Source: the human T2T-CHM13v2.0 reference genome, Homo sapiens. Taken from it: 64,000 bases of DNA. Positions within the stretch are counted from its first letter, which is position 1, and each line of letters opens with the position of its first letter. Both the position numbers and the translations under genes were made by a program. Location of the stretch: NCBI RefSeq assembly GCF_009914755.1, contig NC_060932.1. The stretch is one strand, 5' to 3'. Under the pieces are notes generated by a model. It was not told the origin of the DNA, searched no databases, and saw only the letters and a list, made by a program, of their open reading frames with translations. This document shows, in pieces, positions 39,332-53,780 of the stretch.

Positions 39332-39699
39332 TAACATTTAATTCCAGGTCTGTCAAGGCAGTCAGAAATGGAGGGACTAAGATCCTGGGAAAAAGAGAGA
39401 TGAAGAGAGTTATAACTTGGACTCTACGTATGTTTTCCCTCAAGTCATTTGCTGATTAGAGGCTAAGGAGCTAAATTTAAATATATAAGAATTTCAAGAA
39501 AATGTTCAGAAATAGCATAGTGCTGCAGAACAAAAATTAAATACTAGTGCTCAGTCAGGGGAAGGGGTTCTAGTAAATATTGCAGTGTTCATTTCGGAGC
39601 CATAGAGGATTGTATCTTACAGACAGAATAATCTAGATTCAGAGGAGACTCACAATATCTGAATCACAGTGTCATGTCATCGCCAACCTTAATTTTATT

Positions 39700-41400
39700 T
39701 AGTGAGCAGAGGGTAAATCCTCTCTAAGCAAAGATAACATTATAGAGAGTATTTATCATTTTTTTCAGACACTAAATCTAGAGTTTATTCAGAAACACCT
39801 ATCACACCAAGAATTAGTACTAAAGGGGAAAAAGAAGCAGTGCAAATTAAAAAAAAGAGGTGATCCAATTGAGGATTCACATATTGGTTCAAAATAATTA
39901 TAATTCAAGTATTCAGAAAAATATATAAGAGGATACAAAATTTCATGAAGGAACTGCAATCCACGAAAAAGAATTAAATGGAAATTCTAGAAATGAACAA
40001 TTCAATATTTGATGTTAAGAACTTTATTGATGGGCACAGCGAGAGATTGGGAACTGCTAAAGAGAGAACCATTGAAATCAATAAGATGTTTCATTCACAA
40101 ATGCGTGGATAGAAACCAAAAACAAGTGAATAGGGGTACAGAGGAATAGAGGAGACCAGTAGACCTTAGATAAGGAAAATATCTAAGCTATTTTAATTGA
40201 AGAATAATGGATACTAAATTTAACAAATAACTATCCAGTAATAGATTCAAGAAGTCTATGAAACTGGAACCAGGAAAAATACAAAAAAAAAGCTACACTA
40301 TATACAGTGTGGTAAGGCTAATGCAAATCAAAAAGAAAGACAATCTTCAAATCAGTAACTGAAAAAAATACATTAACTATAGAATAACAACAATAAAACT
40401 GACAGCTAACTTCTTAAAAAATTATAAGAAACAGAGCAGATAAACAACATCTTAAAAACCTGAAAGAAATTAACGACCAACCTACACCTTATAACAAATA
40501 AAAGTAAATCTCTACACAATGCAAAAGAGAAAGGGAAAAGGGGGGAACGAAAGGCTTAGAAAAGCAGAAATAAAATTTGCAATCTGATGGTGACATGAAT
40601 ATGTATGCAGAAAATGTAAGTAATGCACAGGATGAATAACTAGAATTAATATAACGACTTGAGTTAAATTACTGAATGAAACAGTCAATTGTGGTTTTAT
40701 ACATGAGACCAGCTACAAATGAAAATATAAACCACGATGATATAGCAACATAAACCCATCAAAATTACTAAAACTACAATTTTTTTTTAATAATCTCAAG
40801 TTTAGGAGAGAACGTGAAGTAATGAGAATTTCTACATTGCAGAGGGTTTCTAATGATAGTGGATTTCTACGATACAACTAATTTAGGGCAAAATTTTGAC
40901 AGTAATTTCACTTGTAGGCATACACACTGGCAAAATAAAAGCATAAATACAAGTAAATGCAAATGTACGTGTGCATATACACACACAATTTTTTTCATAT
41001 TCTGTAGAGAATTCCTATTAAACAGTAAGATAACCAACACAATGGAAAATTAAGCCAATGAACTGAAATGGAAACTTCATAGAAAAGGATAGTAAAATAC
41101 CCGTAAACTTATGAAAAGGTGGTTAACCTCATTACTCATCAGCGACATGCCAATTAAACCACAAGTTTTCACTACACATCCATTAGAGTCAGAAATCTTA
41201 AAAAGAATGGCACTATCAAGAACTGCTAAGAATGTGAAACACGTGGAACCTCTCATATACTACCCGGTGAGAAGGCACATTTGGAAAACTGTTTGCAGAT
41301 CTACTTATGCTAAATTCTGGGATATATGTATGTCCTCTGACCTAGAATTCAAGTCCTCAGAATACACCCAGAAAAAAATGTGTGAATGTTTCTTACAAAT
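39700..41400 (+). mobile_element. Old L1M (L1MC/ME) ORF1 and ORF2 remnants
   Basis: AAATGGAAATTCTAGAAATGAA, ACTGACAGCTAACTTCT, ATGAAAAGGTGGTTAACCTCATTACTCATCAG. Confidence 0.65.
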
Positions 41401-41789
41401 GGCAAATAAATGTATGGGTATAGGTTATGGAGAAAAGTATAACACAACAAACACATTATCTCTGCAGTTATCTGTTTTCCTTACGAAGAGAGGTCTCCCT
41501 AATCTCCATTGGGTTTAGAAGCTCTGTTTAATAACGTGAGTTAAGCCTAAGTCTAGTGCTATTGAAAACTTATTTCCCAGCTTTCCCAGAAGTTTGAATT
41601 CCATTGCTCAGTTCCTAAAGATTTGTTTAAAAAGAGAAAAAGGTTCAACTCTAGCCTGGGCTAATCTACTAGGCATTCCAAAGTTTAATATCATTGACTT
41701 CAATGGAAAGAAAATAGCTATTGCAGTCCTAGATCATGATTCTAGACCAAACTCCATTCCTTCCTACTGTGTGACTTGATCAAATCCCT

Positions 41790-42232
41790 CTGAACTATAT
41801 GACATTCTGGAAAAGACAAAATCATGAACACAGTCAAAAGATCAGTGGTTGCCAAGAATTCAGGGTAGGGAGGAAGGGATGTCTCAGTAGAACAAAGGGA
41901 ATTTTTAGGGCAGAGAAACTATTTCACATTATACTGCAGTGGTGGATACATGTCATTGTATATTTGTCAAACCCCCTAGAATATACAACACAAAGAGTAA
42001 ATTCTAATGTGAATTATGAATTTTAGTTAATAATTATATGTCAATATCGGCTCTGTTATGTATCAGTATTGACTCATCAGTTGTAACAAATGTATCACAA
42101 TAATACAATACGTTACTAACAGGAGAAACTGGGGTTGTGGAGTGAGTTGATATATGGGAATTGTTTGTACATTCTGCTCATTTTCCTGTAAACCTAAAAC
42201 TCCTCAAAAAGTAAAATCTATTAATTAAAAAA
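41790..42232 (+). mobile_element. L1MC (1-3) 3' end
   Basis: TATGACATTCTGGAAAAGACAAAA...AGATCAGTGGTTGCCA...TGTAAACCTAAAACT. Confidence 0.88.
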
Positions 42233-43810
42233 TTCTACTGTAGTATTTTAATATCTTTGAGATAAAATATACATTAGGAAACAAGGATCATGCATTATAT
42301 AGGAACAAAACATTCTACTGACTTTGTCTTATTTGGGGAATTTAATTCACTTTGAGTGATTTACTAAAATTCTGACATAATAAAATGGTGAAAAAGAACT
42401 ATATATAAATGCTAATTAGGATACTAAGGAGGCTGGTTAGGTGAACCCACTCATTATTTCAAGCCATAGAGTTACATAATGCATTTTGTTAGAAATATTT
42501 TAAAAGTAGGCATATGTCAAATGCATATAAGCAATAAATCTTATATTCATTTATCTTATCACAAAATAAAATATCACATGGAAAGTTTTACAATAAAACA
42601 AAATAAAACTGAAGCTGTTTTACATTATAAGGGAAGAATAATTTGAGTTGAAATATAAAATCAGATACAGACCATACTTTAATATATTTAATAATTTTTG
42701 TAGTTAATGTTTTAGAAACAATTGCATTTTATCCTTCTCTGTGATACATAAATATTTGTGTGCGCGCATGTTTGTTATTTTTATTTTAAACTAAGAATAA
42801 AGTTTAGGGCGTTTCCTTTTTTTCTTTCCCATCTTATAAACATTTCAATCAAAATTATTATTTCGGACAGTGGCTTTGATAACATATTTGTAAATAAGTC
42901 TTCCATTACATTTATTTCCTTAATTTTCATAATAAAATGCTTATCCTAACATTTATTATCCTTATCAAGAAAACTAATGCATCTGTCCTTAATCAGCCAT
43001 AGAGAATATTAGCCCTCGTTAGTTGCCAGAGGCTACAATTTCCCATTAACATTCTAGCTGAGAGACATTATGTTATGTTAAAGAAAAAATCTATGAGAAA
43101 AACTACTCATTTTTCTTAGAAGTCTACGATCTAACATTTGATAGAGCCTGGCATCAGAAAGACTTCATATTGAGCTAATACGAGTGTGGCCTCTGGCAGA
43201 ATTCCTACACTGAAGAGAACTTCAGTGCAATGTCTGGAGCTTTTACTGAGGATTCCTACAATAATTTGCTACATGAATTCTACTTCTTAAATTGCCACAA
43301 AACTAGTGTTGAGAACATTTTTCATTAAATTATTAATTGTTCTCCATATGTGATTAATTGCATTAGAAATTTAGTAACAGGAAAAAAGTTATGTTCTTCA
43401 GGAAATTGTGTGACTTTTCTTTTCACATAATAGTTTAGTCACTGCATTAAAATTTTATGTTTTGTCATAAAATTACCACAGACTTTGTATTTAATTTTTT
43501 TCTCCCACTTTTTTTTCTACTTTATGAATCTACATATACTTTATAAAATAAAAATTATAATTATAAAAAAAAATACATATACACATAGGTAAATCTCAAG
43601 ATTAAATAAAATTATTTTCATCAAATTTTTAGAGATTATTTATTTATTTAAAATACTTACCATATGTCACGTATGTAATTCACTTTGGGAAGCCATGGGA
43701 AAGAACATCAATGAGATTTCTATTTACACTGTCTGTGTACTTTTAGGTCTATAACTTGAAATAATTCTATTCATACACCAAAGAAGTGAACGAAATACAT
43801 GTACTCAGGT

Positions 43811-44360
43811 TGTAACCAAGTGCCTCAGCTTTAAAATGGATTTTAAAACTTTATTTTCTCTAAACTGAGAATATAGCATTAAAATGTACTTTGCAACTCC
43901 CTCTTTCTCTTCCTTTCCCACCAGACATTCCCTTGCATCATGCACGCTTCTCTACATACTTTCTTAGAAATTCCAGGGGTACATCTTACAAGAAACCAGG
44001 CACGGAGACCCAGCTGCAGACTTCTCCCCAACCCAAGGATTACTTCAAGGTGGTTCATCTGCAACTCAGCTGTAACCAATATGGTATCAATTCACACCCC
44101 AGACAAACTCAAGATAGCCATTGGAACAAGACATGCAGACCTTTATCCTGCACCACTCCTGCATGTTTCCCATACCAAGATTCCCCTTTTAAATCTCTCC
44201 ACTCACACCAAAAATTTGAGATGGTTTCTTTGCAGCTTGAATCCAGACATCTCCCCAAGTGCTGGCATTTGGAATAAAAGTTACCTTCCTTTCACCACAC
44301 CTCACTTCTTGTGTCCCTGGCTTTTCGAGCAGTGAGCAACTGAACCTGAGTTCAGTTACA
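43811..44360 (+). mobile_element. Solo ERV LTR (MER54/MER73/LTR47-group-like)
   Basis: TGTAACC...GTTACA inverted termini, AATAAA at ~44273, TTTTCGAGCAGTGAGCAACTGAACCTG end. Confidence 0.8.
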
Positions 44361-45379
44361 GGATCAATAAATGTCCACAAACTCAGTAGACATATGTAAC
44401 TACCATTATGCAGTATATTTGAGTCATATATATTCGTTCGTCTCTAATCCCATAGATTGAAATGGTTTTGAATATAAATTATATCTTGTTCATCAATGTA
44501 TCCATAGTGCCAGCCGAATGCTGGCACACAACTGAAACTTGGCATATATTCGCTGAAAAAAATGATAGCCATTAAATATAAGGTATGGCTTATTCTCCCA
44601 AGGAACGCACATTATAGTTGGAAAGATATCTAACACACATGAAAATTCAAAAGCTGATTTGGTGTAAGAAGAACATAATCTATATTCTCAAGAGACTTTA
44701 TGGCTAAGAATATATCATTCAGCATTTACAAAAGGTTAAAGTACTGCTTTTTCTCAACCAAATACATTAAATACAAACATCATTTTCTAAACTTTACAAA
44801 ACTCTTCATTTAATTTTTAATTTTTACCTAAAACACTTTTAGGATCTCTACGCAGCAATGGAAAGTATATAGAATTTTACAAAATTTATTTACTGGACTC
44901 ATTTTTACTGTGTTACGTAAATATATAAAACTTAGTAGAGTCATGTTCCAAACTAATAGTAATCATCCAAATCCTTTTTAATACTAAGAGGAATGCATTT
45001 TCCTTAGAGACAACATTGTAAATTGTGGGTAGATTTCAGACTAGCTCACTAATCTCAAATCTATTATTTAACATTCGTATGTTGTCAGTAATAGGAAACA
45101 CATCCTAACCAATATGCATAGTAATGTCCATATGGAAAAATTAATTCGCATTACCAAAATCGGTTGCCTGGAACTATCTTTGCAGGGAGAAGGTACTCCT
45201 TCAATTCCCTTTTTCTCCCAACTCCTCACCTATAAACTATGTGATAAAATGAGAAACTTCTTTAACTCAGTGAAGAAGACATGGGTAGTTCCCCACAAAA
45301 ATGTTGTGCTCCCCTTTTATAGTATATATTTGTGGATTGGTAAAAACTACCTAGACAGGGTCTAGATTCTCTGCAGGCT

Positions 45380-45715
45380 TTCCCCTATGTCAACATGGGA
45401 TTTTCTAACTAATTCTTGCCATGGAATGTAAGCAATAAGGCATGTGTCAATTTAGGATTTTTAAGAAGCATATGTGTCATCTTTACCTATTCTCCCATCT
45501 CCAACATTGGGGGTAAAAGACTCTGAGATCCTAGTGGAGGACAGATTAACAAGGAGGAAAACCCCTGCTCTTCTGTTTATCATATGCAGGAAAGCCACTT
45601 ACCAAATAAAAACAAGCCCACAGGACTCTTAAATGACTGAGAAATAAACTGCTGTGTTAAATCTTTGAAATTGTAAGACTTAATTCTCAGAGTAGCTTAT
45701 AGTACCTTAATATAT
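45380..45715 (+). mobile_element. MLT1J-like MaLR LTR remnant
   Basis: TTCTTGCCATGGAATGTAAGCA...TGAGAAATAAACT..TGTGTTAA. Confidence 0.55.
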
Positions 45716-45719
45716 TTAC

Positions 45720-45970
45720 TATGTCTCAAAGTGTATCTTCTGGAATAATAGTCCAAGTAGACATGCCATAAAAAAGTTCTATGACCAAATAAGTTAGAAA
45801 TCATATATCCCTTTTACAGACACATAATAGATACAGGATAATCAAAAGCTCAGGAAAGTCGTGTAGCTTTAAAAAATGTTTAACTGTGTTTAATCTAGCA
45901 ATTTCCAAATTTACTGGCAAATTAAATCCTTTATGGCATAAGAACTATTAATGTTGTATATAAATGCTAT
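45720..45970. mobile_element. hAT-Charlie-type MER remnant
   Basis: TCTCAAAGTGT...GACCAAATAAGTT...TGTTTAACTGTGTTTAATCTAGCAATTTCCAAATTTA. Confidence 0.5.
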
Positions 45971-46110
45971 TAATCAGAAAACTCTTTGGAAACTATTTCC
46001 TTGGCTAAATGATTGATAAAATCCCCTCGTGACTTGGAAAATGTCTTTGGAAGGTGAACGATAGAGAAAGGGCTTAGAGCTTAAAAAACAAATGAACAAA
46101 CAAACAAATA

Positions 46111-46319
46111 CTGAAGATCTGGAGACATTAATCTGTTTATGATGGGAACAGTTTATATTCAATAATCTTAAGGAGCAAAACTTTTTTTTTTTTTACCTAA
46201 GTATGCTTTTTCAAGTCCTGAAGATCTGGGGATATGCATCTGTTTGTGATGGGAACAGGTCATATTCAATAATCTTAAGAAGCAAATATATTTTTTACCC
46301 AAGTATGCTTTTTCAAGTA
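46111..46319. repeat. Diverged tandem duplication, two ~105-bp units
   Basis: CTGAAGATCTGG...TATTCAATAATCTTAAG...AAGTATGCTTTTTCAAGT at 46111-46217 and 46218-46319. Confidence 0.95.
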
Positions 46320-46349
46320 TTTTAGCTTGGAGTTGTATTGAATACTATG

Positions 46350-46757
46350 GTATGTCATCCTAATCATTCTGTTGCTACTGAAGCATTCATTTCCCATGCT
46401 ATCAGGAGTGTTAGGGGCTGGTGATTCTCTGCTAAATCCCTTTCCAGGAATTGCCTAAGCTGAAGATGTGATACCCCATCTATTTGGAGAGTGTGCACCC
46501 AGTGACCGGTACATACAGAGGTGTAAGGTTCTGGCCCTGTCGCCTCTAGAAAGGCCCACTCTGAAGGTCAATTACTGCTCCATGGCTCCCTGTGGAAGAG
46601 CTGAGGTCTTTGTGGAATTGCATGACAGTTCAGCCTCTCCCTCTGTCCAATGCTCCTTCTTTCCCTCTCTCCAATCTTGAAAGCCCTCTCTGTTAATCCT
46701 CCTGAACAGAAAACTCTCTCTCAGTAACTATTTTCTAGTAATCGTAATCTAAGGCAA
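46350..46757 (+). mobile_element. LTR16 (LTR16C-like) ERVL solo LTR
   Basis: ACTCTGAAGGTCAA, GCTGAGGTCTTTGTGGAATTGCATGACAGTTCAGCCTCTCCCTCTGTCCAAT, end AATCTAAGGCA. Confidence 0.75.
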
Positions 46758-47759
46758 GTGTATACCATGAACTTGCATTATTATTGTATCGTTTAAACAT
46801 ATTTTGCTGAAATAACTTAAATGATTAATATTATTTGGTTACAGGTGCTTTAAATATATTCACTGCTAATATTTCAGGAGAGTTTTCCGTGTTGGATAAA
46901 ACCTGAGGTTCCATTGCTCATGTCTATGCATGCGTAGGGTCAGTCCTCTCAGCTTTTGCTGTACAACTTGACTGCTTGTTAACACTTCTGCAATACTTCT
47001 GTAGTGGCATTTTGTTTAGGTATGTATAACTTTCCTCTTCCTAATTTTCATTAATGCTGTTACTCTGAAACCCAGAAAGTCTACCTATGAAAATAAAAGT
47101 ACTGCGTCTGTAAAAGAGCTACATTCTTATTACTGGTATTACCGGTATTGTAAGATAAGCCTTGCTGTTATTTCCTAGTTAAACTTATTCAGATAAATTG
47201 ATTAATTTTACCTCATGGGCATGTAAATTATTATTTTACTCCTTTGCATTAACTGTTAGAAAATTAATGACAATTTTTTGGCCTAGTCTAGCATGGATAG
47301 AAATTTCTTCTTGCAGTTTGGCTATCAACTTCAGCCTTGTCTTCACCTTCTCTTAACTACCCTCATTTTTTATCTGCCATAATTGCTTCATGATCAATTT
47401 TAAATGTTTACTTTGTCTGATTGCATTATTTTACCCAGTGTTTGAATACCTTTCTAGAAAAAAGTGGCTTACTATAAATTATCATATAATTTAGAAGGAT
47501 ATATAATATATAATGTATATATTATATAGGAAATTGTGACAAAATTCAAATAGAACATGATGTCATTTTAGTACCCACAAGGCAAATACAAAGATAGATG
47601 ATAACACAAAGAATTTTAGATTACTTTTACATAAAAAAAGAATTTGCTTGTAATGGTACAATGATTAATTTCTTTATATTATGATTTTGAATTCTGCTGA
47701 CTGATTTGTTCAAATGTCTTAACTATTTGGCAAATGGGTCTCTTTTCAGCTTTTGCTTT

Positions 47760-48000
47760 ATCTCAAGAATAGGCATAAAAGCTAAGCATTGGGCTTTTAA
47801 GTAGATAAAGCTGGAATGAATTCCCAAACCCATGCTTTTTATATGAACACGGACACTTTGTTTAATTTCATTTTTCACATATATAAAGTACAAATAATAC
47901 CGTCAACCTCGATGTCCTTTTACAATTATTTAGATATATTGTATGAAATACATAGCACGGTACCTTATTTATAGTAGAATAGTTGTAAACAGTAGTATTA
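47760..48000 (+). mobile_element. MIR fragment
   Basis: Degenerate MIR core and 3' end. Confidence 0.5.
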
Positions 48001-48779
48001 TTTACATTACATATTCTTTAATGAAAGTTAGCTTCTTTCATTAAAATTCACTCAACTTAGATTAAGAATGAAATGCATCTTTCAGGGTAAATTTGAAGTA
48101 AAAGAGTTACAAAAACTTGTGTGAAGACTCAATTGAAAATATAACTTTAGGAATTTCCAGGCTGAAGCTAATTGTTAGATCTAGGAATCAGTATCAGCTA
48201 CTGAGTGAGGAAGGTGCAGGAAAAGAGGAGAGAAGTAACGTATAAGGAGTAGAGTGTAAGGATGATAGCTTATATTAAGGGTAAATTTTGTCTTGGGAGG
48301 AAAGGGCAAGAGCACACAAGAAAAGAAATACGGCACAAAATGTGTAAAGAAAGGGAAGAAATAAGTTTGTGTAGTTTTATAAAAGCCAAGAAAATTTGAC
48401 GTAAGCAGAGACATCAAAGACAGAAACCAGGATTCAAGGTTACTCTTCTGTCTCAAATGACAGCACACTGAATATTACCAGGTGCAAAAGATACTGGGAT
48501 TCTCTAGTGCCTCTGGCACAAACAACCAGGAAGAGAAGTAGACCTACGTGTCCTCTGGCTTGGGTAACAAGCCCGTAGAGCTTGTTCCCAAAGACAAATG
48601 GATCAAGCTTTAAAACCCTAGAAACTTTCTTTTCTCAACTAGGGCAAATTCTGAAAAATATACCTGCCTATTTTTGTCTTGGTCATATAAAAACATTGCT
48701 GATATCTGTCCATTCATGGCTCAGTCCTATCCAGGTTCCTCCCTGTAAACAACACATGCATGCAGTCATATTTTTAGGT

Positions 48780-50170
48780 GTCTTTTAACACCTAAACAGC
48801 CTTAATTTTAAACCAATGAATAATTTTCTCCCTACCCTAATTGATCTCTGCATACATATCATTTGACATTTGATTTCTTTTGCTTTTGAAATATTTGATT
48901 TCTGTACCAAAATACTCTCATGATTTTCCTGTAACATTTCTGGACAACTTTCTGGGCGTTCTTACCTCTATGGACCAACCAAAATTAGAAGAGAATTATG
49001 TTGCACGTTGCATACGATTTCTATGACCTTGGGCAAGTTACCCAACTTCTCTGTGACTAAGTTTCTTCATTTGCAAAATACCATCTGTTCCTCTTCATGG
49101 AGTTGGTGGGAAGATTATGAGTATTATTATGAGCAAAGCACTTGAGACATTTACTAGTAGATAGAAACTAACACAAAAATATTAGTTATCTGTGTTTTTA
49201 TTTTATGCCCCTCTTTAAAAGGCATATTTCTTTCTGATTCTTTCCTTGGCCCTCTTCTCTATGAATTTCACATACCTGTGTAGTGATTTAATCTTGATTC
49301 ATGGCTTTAACAATTATCTCCCTTCTACTCACATAACTCTTTAGAACCCAGACCACTATTTTCAACTATCCACTGGACAGCTCCACTCTGATGCTTTACA
49401 GATATTTCCAATTTAAGGTGTCTTCCCCATTCCAAGCCTGTGTGAATCATTCTGCGAATGGATAGGTACTAATGTCCCAATTCACAACGGTGAGACTTAC
49501 CCTTGATGTCTTCCTTTCACTATGCTGTTTCTTCTACGTTCTTATCATCTCTATAATTTTTTCTGCCCTATCAGACAAAAATTACCTGAAATATTGTGAT
49601 AACCTTCTAACTGGTCTTCCTGTGTCTCTTCTTCTGAAATTTATCCTGTAATGTGCAGCCAGAAACCTGTTTATTTTACCAACCTGTTTAAAATCTTTAA
49701 AATGTTCTCCTAGAGACCTAAGGATGATAAATAATTTTAAAGATGAAAAAAATCAACTAACCTTGATTTCATTATGTTCATCTGCTTTCAGAAGTTTATT
49801 CCTATAACCACCCAGATTCTAAGAGCTACTTCTCTGGACTTACAGAAATAATTTGGAGAAGTCTAGCTTATTCCTGAATCTAGTTCTCATAAGTAGACCC
49901 TGAATCTGAAATGTCATTCTCTCAACAATTGTATTAATTGTCTCCTATTTCATTTTCAGTTATTAATGTAGACATCACTATTCCACTAAGTATCTTTGTT
50001 TTTCGGGAAAGGAGTGTTCTACATCTGCTTATAAAAGTGCGTATCTCTGTATATATTGTAATTGCCTTATTATTTCCCTGTTTCTCCAATAAACACTGTT
50101 AAACTTGTAATTTTAGTGCCTCACACAGTGCCTAATAAAGAAAACATTTAATAAATATTCATTGAATGAC
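48780..50170 (+). mobile_element. L2 fragments interrupted by a MIR (~49000-49190)
   Basis: TTGATCTCTGCA..CATTTGACA; CCTTCTAACTGGTCTTCCTG; L2 3' end ACAGTGCCT...AATAAATATTCATTGAATGACTG; MIR TGACCTTGGGCAAGTTAC. Confidence 0.65.
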
Positions 50171-51810
50171 TGATTAGTCAGTACTGATTTTTACTAGAAA
50201 TAATCTGAAATTAATGTTATTAGAAAATAATCTTTATATAAATGTAATAAACTGTATAAAACAAGAAAAGCGTAGAAAAGAATTTTTTAAAAAACTCCTA
50301 TAATGATACCACTTCGATGTGAATATAGTAAGATATTTTCTAAGGAAAAGTGGGTAAAATACAACAAAAATTAGTACTCTTGTAGATTAAGGATAAGATC
50401 TTACTTTTAGGAAAGAGATGATATTCCAACACAGTAATATTCCAATATATATAGTATACTAATATTGTAATATACTACAAAGACATAAACATAATACAAG
50501 AGTAAACTAGAGAGTTTACAACATAAACCATCGTGTCTACATAATATAAAATTCCTAAGTATATAGGCATTGTTGTTAAATACACACACACACTCAGAGA
50601 CAAAACTATGTATCTCTAAACATGTATACAAAAGACACGATTTTTTAAAATTTCTAAAAAATACTTGCTGTGAACATCTAAAGCTAAAAAACATGACTTT
50701 AAATTCTCATAATTTGTATTTAATTATGAATTCTTCACACATGTTTAATTATTCTGTTAGTAAAGCAACACAAATTTTATATAAATTTATAATATATTGT
50801 AAAATTTTATTTTCTCAGAAGTTGACATAACTGAGCTGTAAGGATCTGGATGTATTGCTAAGCAGTTTTCTTAGTTCAATATTAATAAATATTTGCTGAA
50901 TATTTTCAAAGATTACAGAAGTTTTTCAATTTCAATTTGGCAAGCTAGCAATTCAATTCTTACAAATAAGACATTTGCCCCAACACTATCCTTAAATTCA
51001 AATATGTTATTACTATATCTAACTGATGATACCAATCTCTTCAATCTTTATTACACATTTTGTTCATTCCCAAAGTGTTTGTGTACTTTGTTTATAGGCC
51101 ACAAGCAGATGTTTCATTATAACTATGTCAGGAATGCAACATAATTTATATCTTCAATCAGCAGTAAAACAGGAGCACAATTTTTATTTGTATTTAAAAA
51201 CTCAAAGTCTATATTCTCTCTTTTCTAGATTCCACATAAATTCATAATTTAATTGTTAATCATGTCAACAGTAGTAGCTAGATTGATTTATCTCCCTTTT
51301 GAAGACAAATTGCACAAATCTAACAGAGACTTTCATTTATTCTTTAACAAATACTGGCCTATTTATATGAGCTACATGAAGACTTTTTGAATCTCTAGAG
51401 ACATCATTTTAAAATCTTGGTAAAAATTCACTTAATCTGACTTAACTTGTTAATTTGTAAAACTCAATAATAACGTATATGCTCATTCTGCTTGACAGAG
51501 TTAATTAAAACAATAAAAACGAGATAAATCAAAGATCTTTGGAAAACACCAAGTACTGTAAAACCTTGGGAAAATGATAAAAATGAAAGGACTGAAGGTC
51601 ATTAACAAGTTTTTAATTAAAAGACTCTCTGTGGAACTTCTGTGTCAATCACAGTGTCTGGCATACTCAGTGTACCCAGTTGTGGGATTATCCAAGGAAA
51701 TAGGCATATTAAATACAAGAATAAAAAAACAGCAAATTCCCTGGTCTAGTGTCAGATCTTCTATATTTTGACATCTAAGAAGGTCTGTGAGTTATCTAGA
51801 TAATTGTATA

Positions 51811-52218
51811 TTGATGTTCCTCCACTTACAGTGGTTTCACTTACACTTTTCAATTTCCTCATGGTGTGAAAGTAATACACATTCAGCAGAAAATATTCTT
51901 CCAATTTTGCATTATTTTCTTTTCCTGGGCTAGTAATATGCAGTTTCATATTCTCTCATAATGCTTGGGCAGGGGCAGTGAGACCACAGCTTCCAGTCAG
52001 CCACACAAACACCAGAGTGGACAACCAATGCTGTACTGTATTGCAAGATTTTGCCCAACTGTAGGCTAAACATAAGTGTTCTGACATGTTTAAAGCAGGC
52101 TAAGCTAAGCCACGATGTTCGGTAGATTAGGTGCATAAAATGCATTTTTGACAATGATATTTTCAACTTAACAGTGGGTTTATTGGAACAAAACCCCGTC
52201 GTAAGTTAAGAGCCTCTG
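51811..52218 (-). mobile_element. MER47 (Tigger5-derived) DNA transposon
   Basis: TIRs GATGTTCCTCCACTTACAGTGG / CCGTCGTAAGTTAAGAGCCTCTG; GATTTTGCCCAACTGTAGGCTAA...GGCTAAGCTAAGC. Confidence 0.85.
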
Positions 52219-53569
52219 TGTATCAGTTACCCAAAATCCTTTACAAGCTGCTGGTGTTTATCAATGGAGTGAGCTATTTTAAAATATGACCTACCAAAAA
52301 TTCCTACATGCTAGAGAAAAACTACAGAGAAAAATCATGATGAACAAATGGAAATACTGTATATTAATGAAAGAGAAATAACATGAGGAAGAAATAATAA
52401 ATCTAGAGGACTAAAATGTCTTCAAGAATAAAGTAGAACTTGTTTAACAAAATGTGTGATATAAAAAGTGTAGATGCTCCTGATGATGAGGTATAATCAA
52501 ATGCCTTTTTAGCCCAATATAATAGAAATAATATAGAAAAAAATGAAAATCTTTACCCATATGAAGCAAACCAACTCAAGGCATAATTTTGAACATTTGA
52601 TAGAATTTGGAAAAAATTAAACCTATTTGATTATATATATTTTTAATATTGTCTTTTCAATATCACTAATTCAAGAAAATACGATTGCAAATAATACTAG
52701 GTAGGGCCAATAACCACTTGGTTTTTAATAAAAGTTAGCTACTTAAGTAAAATAGTATATTTTTTCTAATTGCAATTTGTTTTTAGATTCAGAAATAAAA
52801 CAAAATATTTTAGAATAAGTATTATAATTTTGGCATAAGTATGCCGATTAAGAATATCAAATTCTAAATTTGAGAAAAACACTCAGAAACACAATAGTAA
52901 AATATGGGCCAACAAAGTGATAAATGAGAAGCAATATAATTATTTATAATTGAACTAAAATATTTTATGCAAAAGTAAATGAAATATTAAATTGTAAAAA
53001 AAAGTAAGTTTCAAATGAATAAAATACTAAGGACCTACACACACCTTGATATGTTGATATTTTTCAAAAGAATTAAAACAATATAAAAACCACAGATACT
53101 TTCAAATACTGCTAAATCATATAACGAATCTCATCAGTGTTTGATCACACATGCTGGAATACCATCAAGAAGTATGTATTTCAGTAGTAGCTTCATTACT
53201 TAGTAGCAAAGCATACTTTGATAAGCATCTCAGTACACTGAAATCTCATTTATATCTTCAATTAAAATAAGATATATTCCATGTTATTTTTGACTGAAAA
53301 TTCTTCGCAACATAAAAAAACTGTGTAGCAATGACAATAGTTATAACATTGACAATAATCAGTGATTCAAATATTCCATTTTGTCTCTTAGAATGCTATC
53401 GCAGTATGCAGAACTATATGCTGTACCTTTGAATTGAATGAAGTAGATCAGGAAGTAACAAAATAGGTAAGACATATGGCAAAAGGGACTCGCTACCTCC
53501 ACGTAATAATAACAACTACTTAACATCAACTTTCCCTGGGAAGTATAAAAGTGATAAAATGTCAAATGC

Positions 53570-53780
53570 ATTGACTGTTGATTAGGGGCCAAACACTTTA
53601 TATGTATTATCTTATTCAATTCTCACAACGTTAGCAAATGGGTAACATTATGATCTCTAATTTGCAGCTGAGAAAATTGAGGCTAAGGGAAGATGAAGAA
53701 TATGCCTGAGGTCATGCAGTATAAAGTAGAGAAACTGGTATTTTCTTGCTAACTCCAAAACTTGATCAGTCGACCACTGT
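53570..53780 (-). mobile_element. MIR fragment
   Basis: TTATCTTATTCAATTCTCACAAC...TTTGCAGCTGAGAAAATTGAGGCT...TGCCTGAGGTCATGCAG. Confidence 0.7.
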
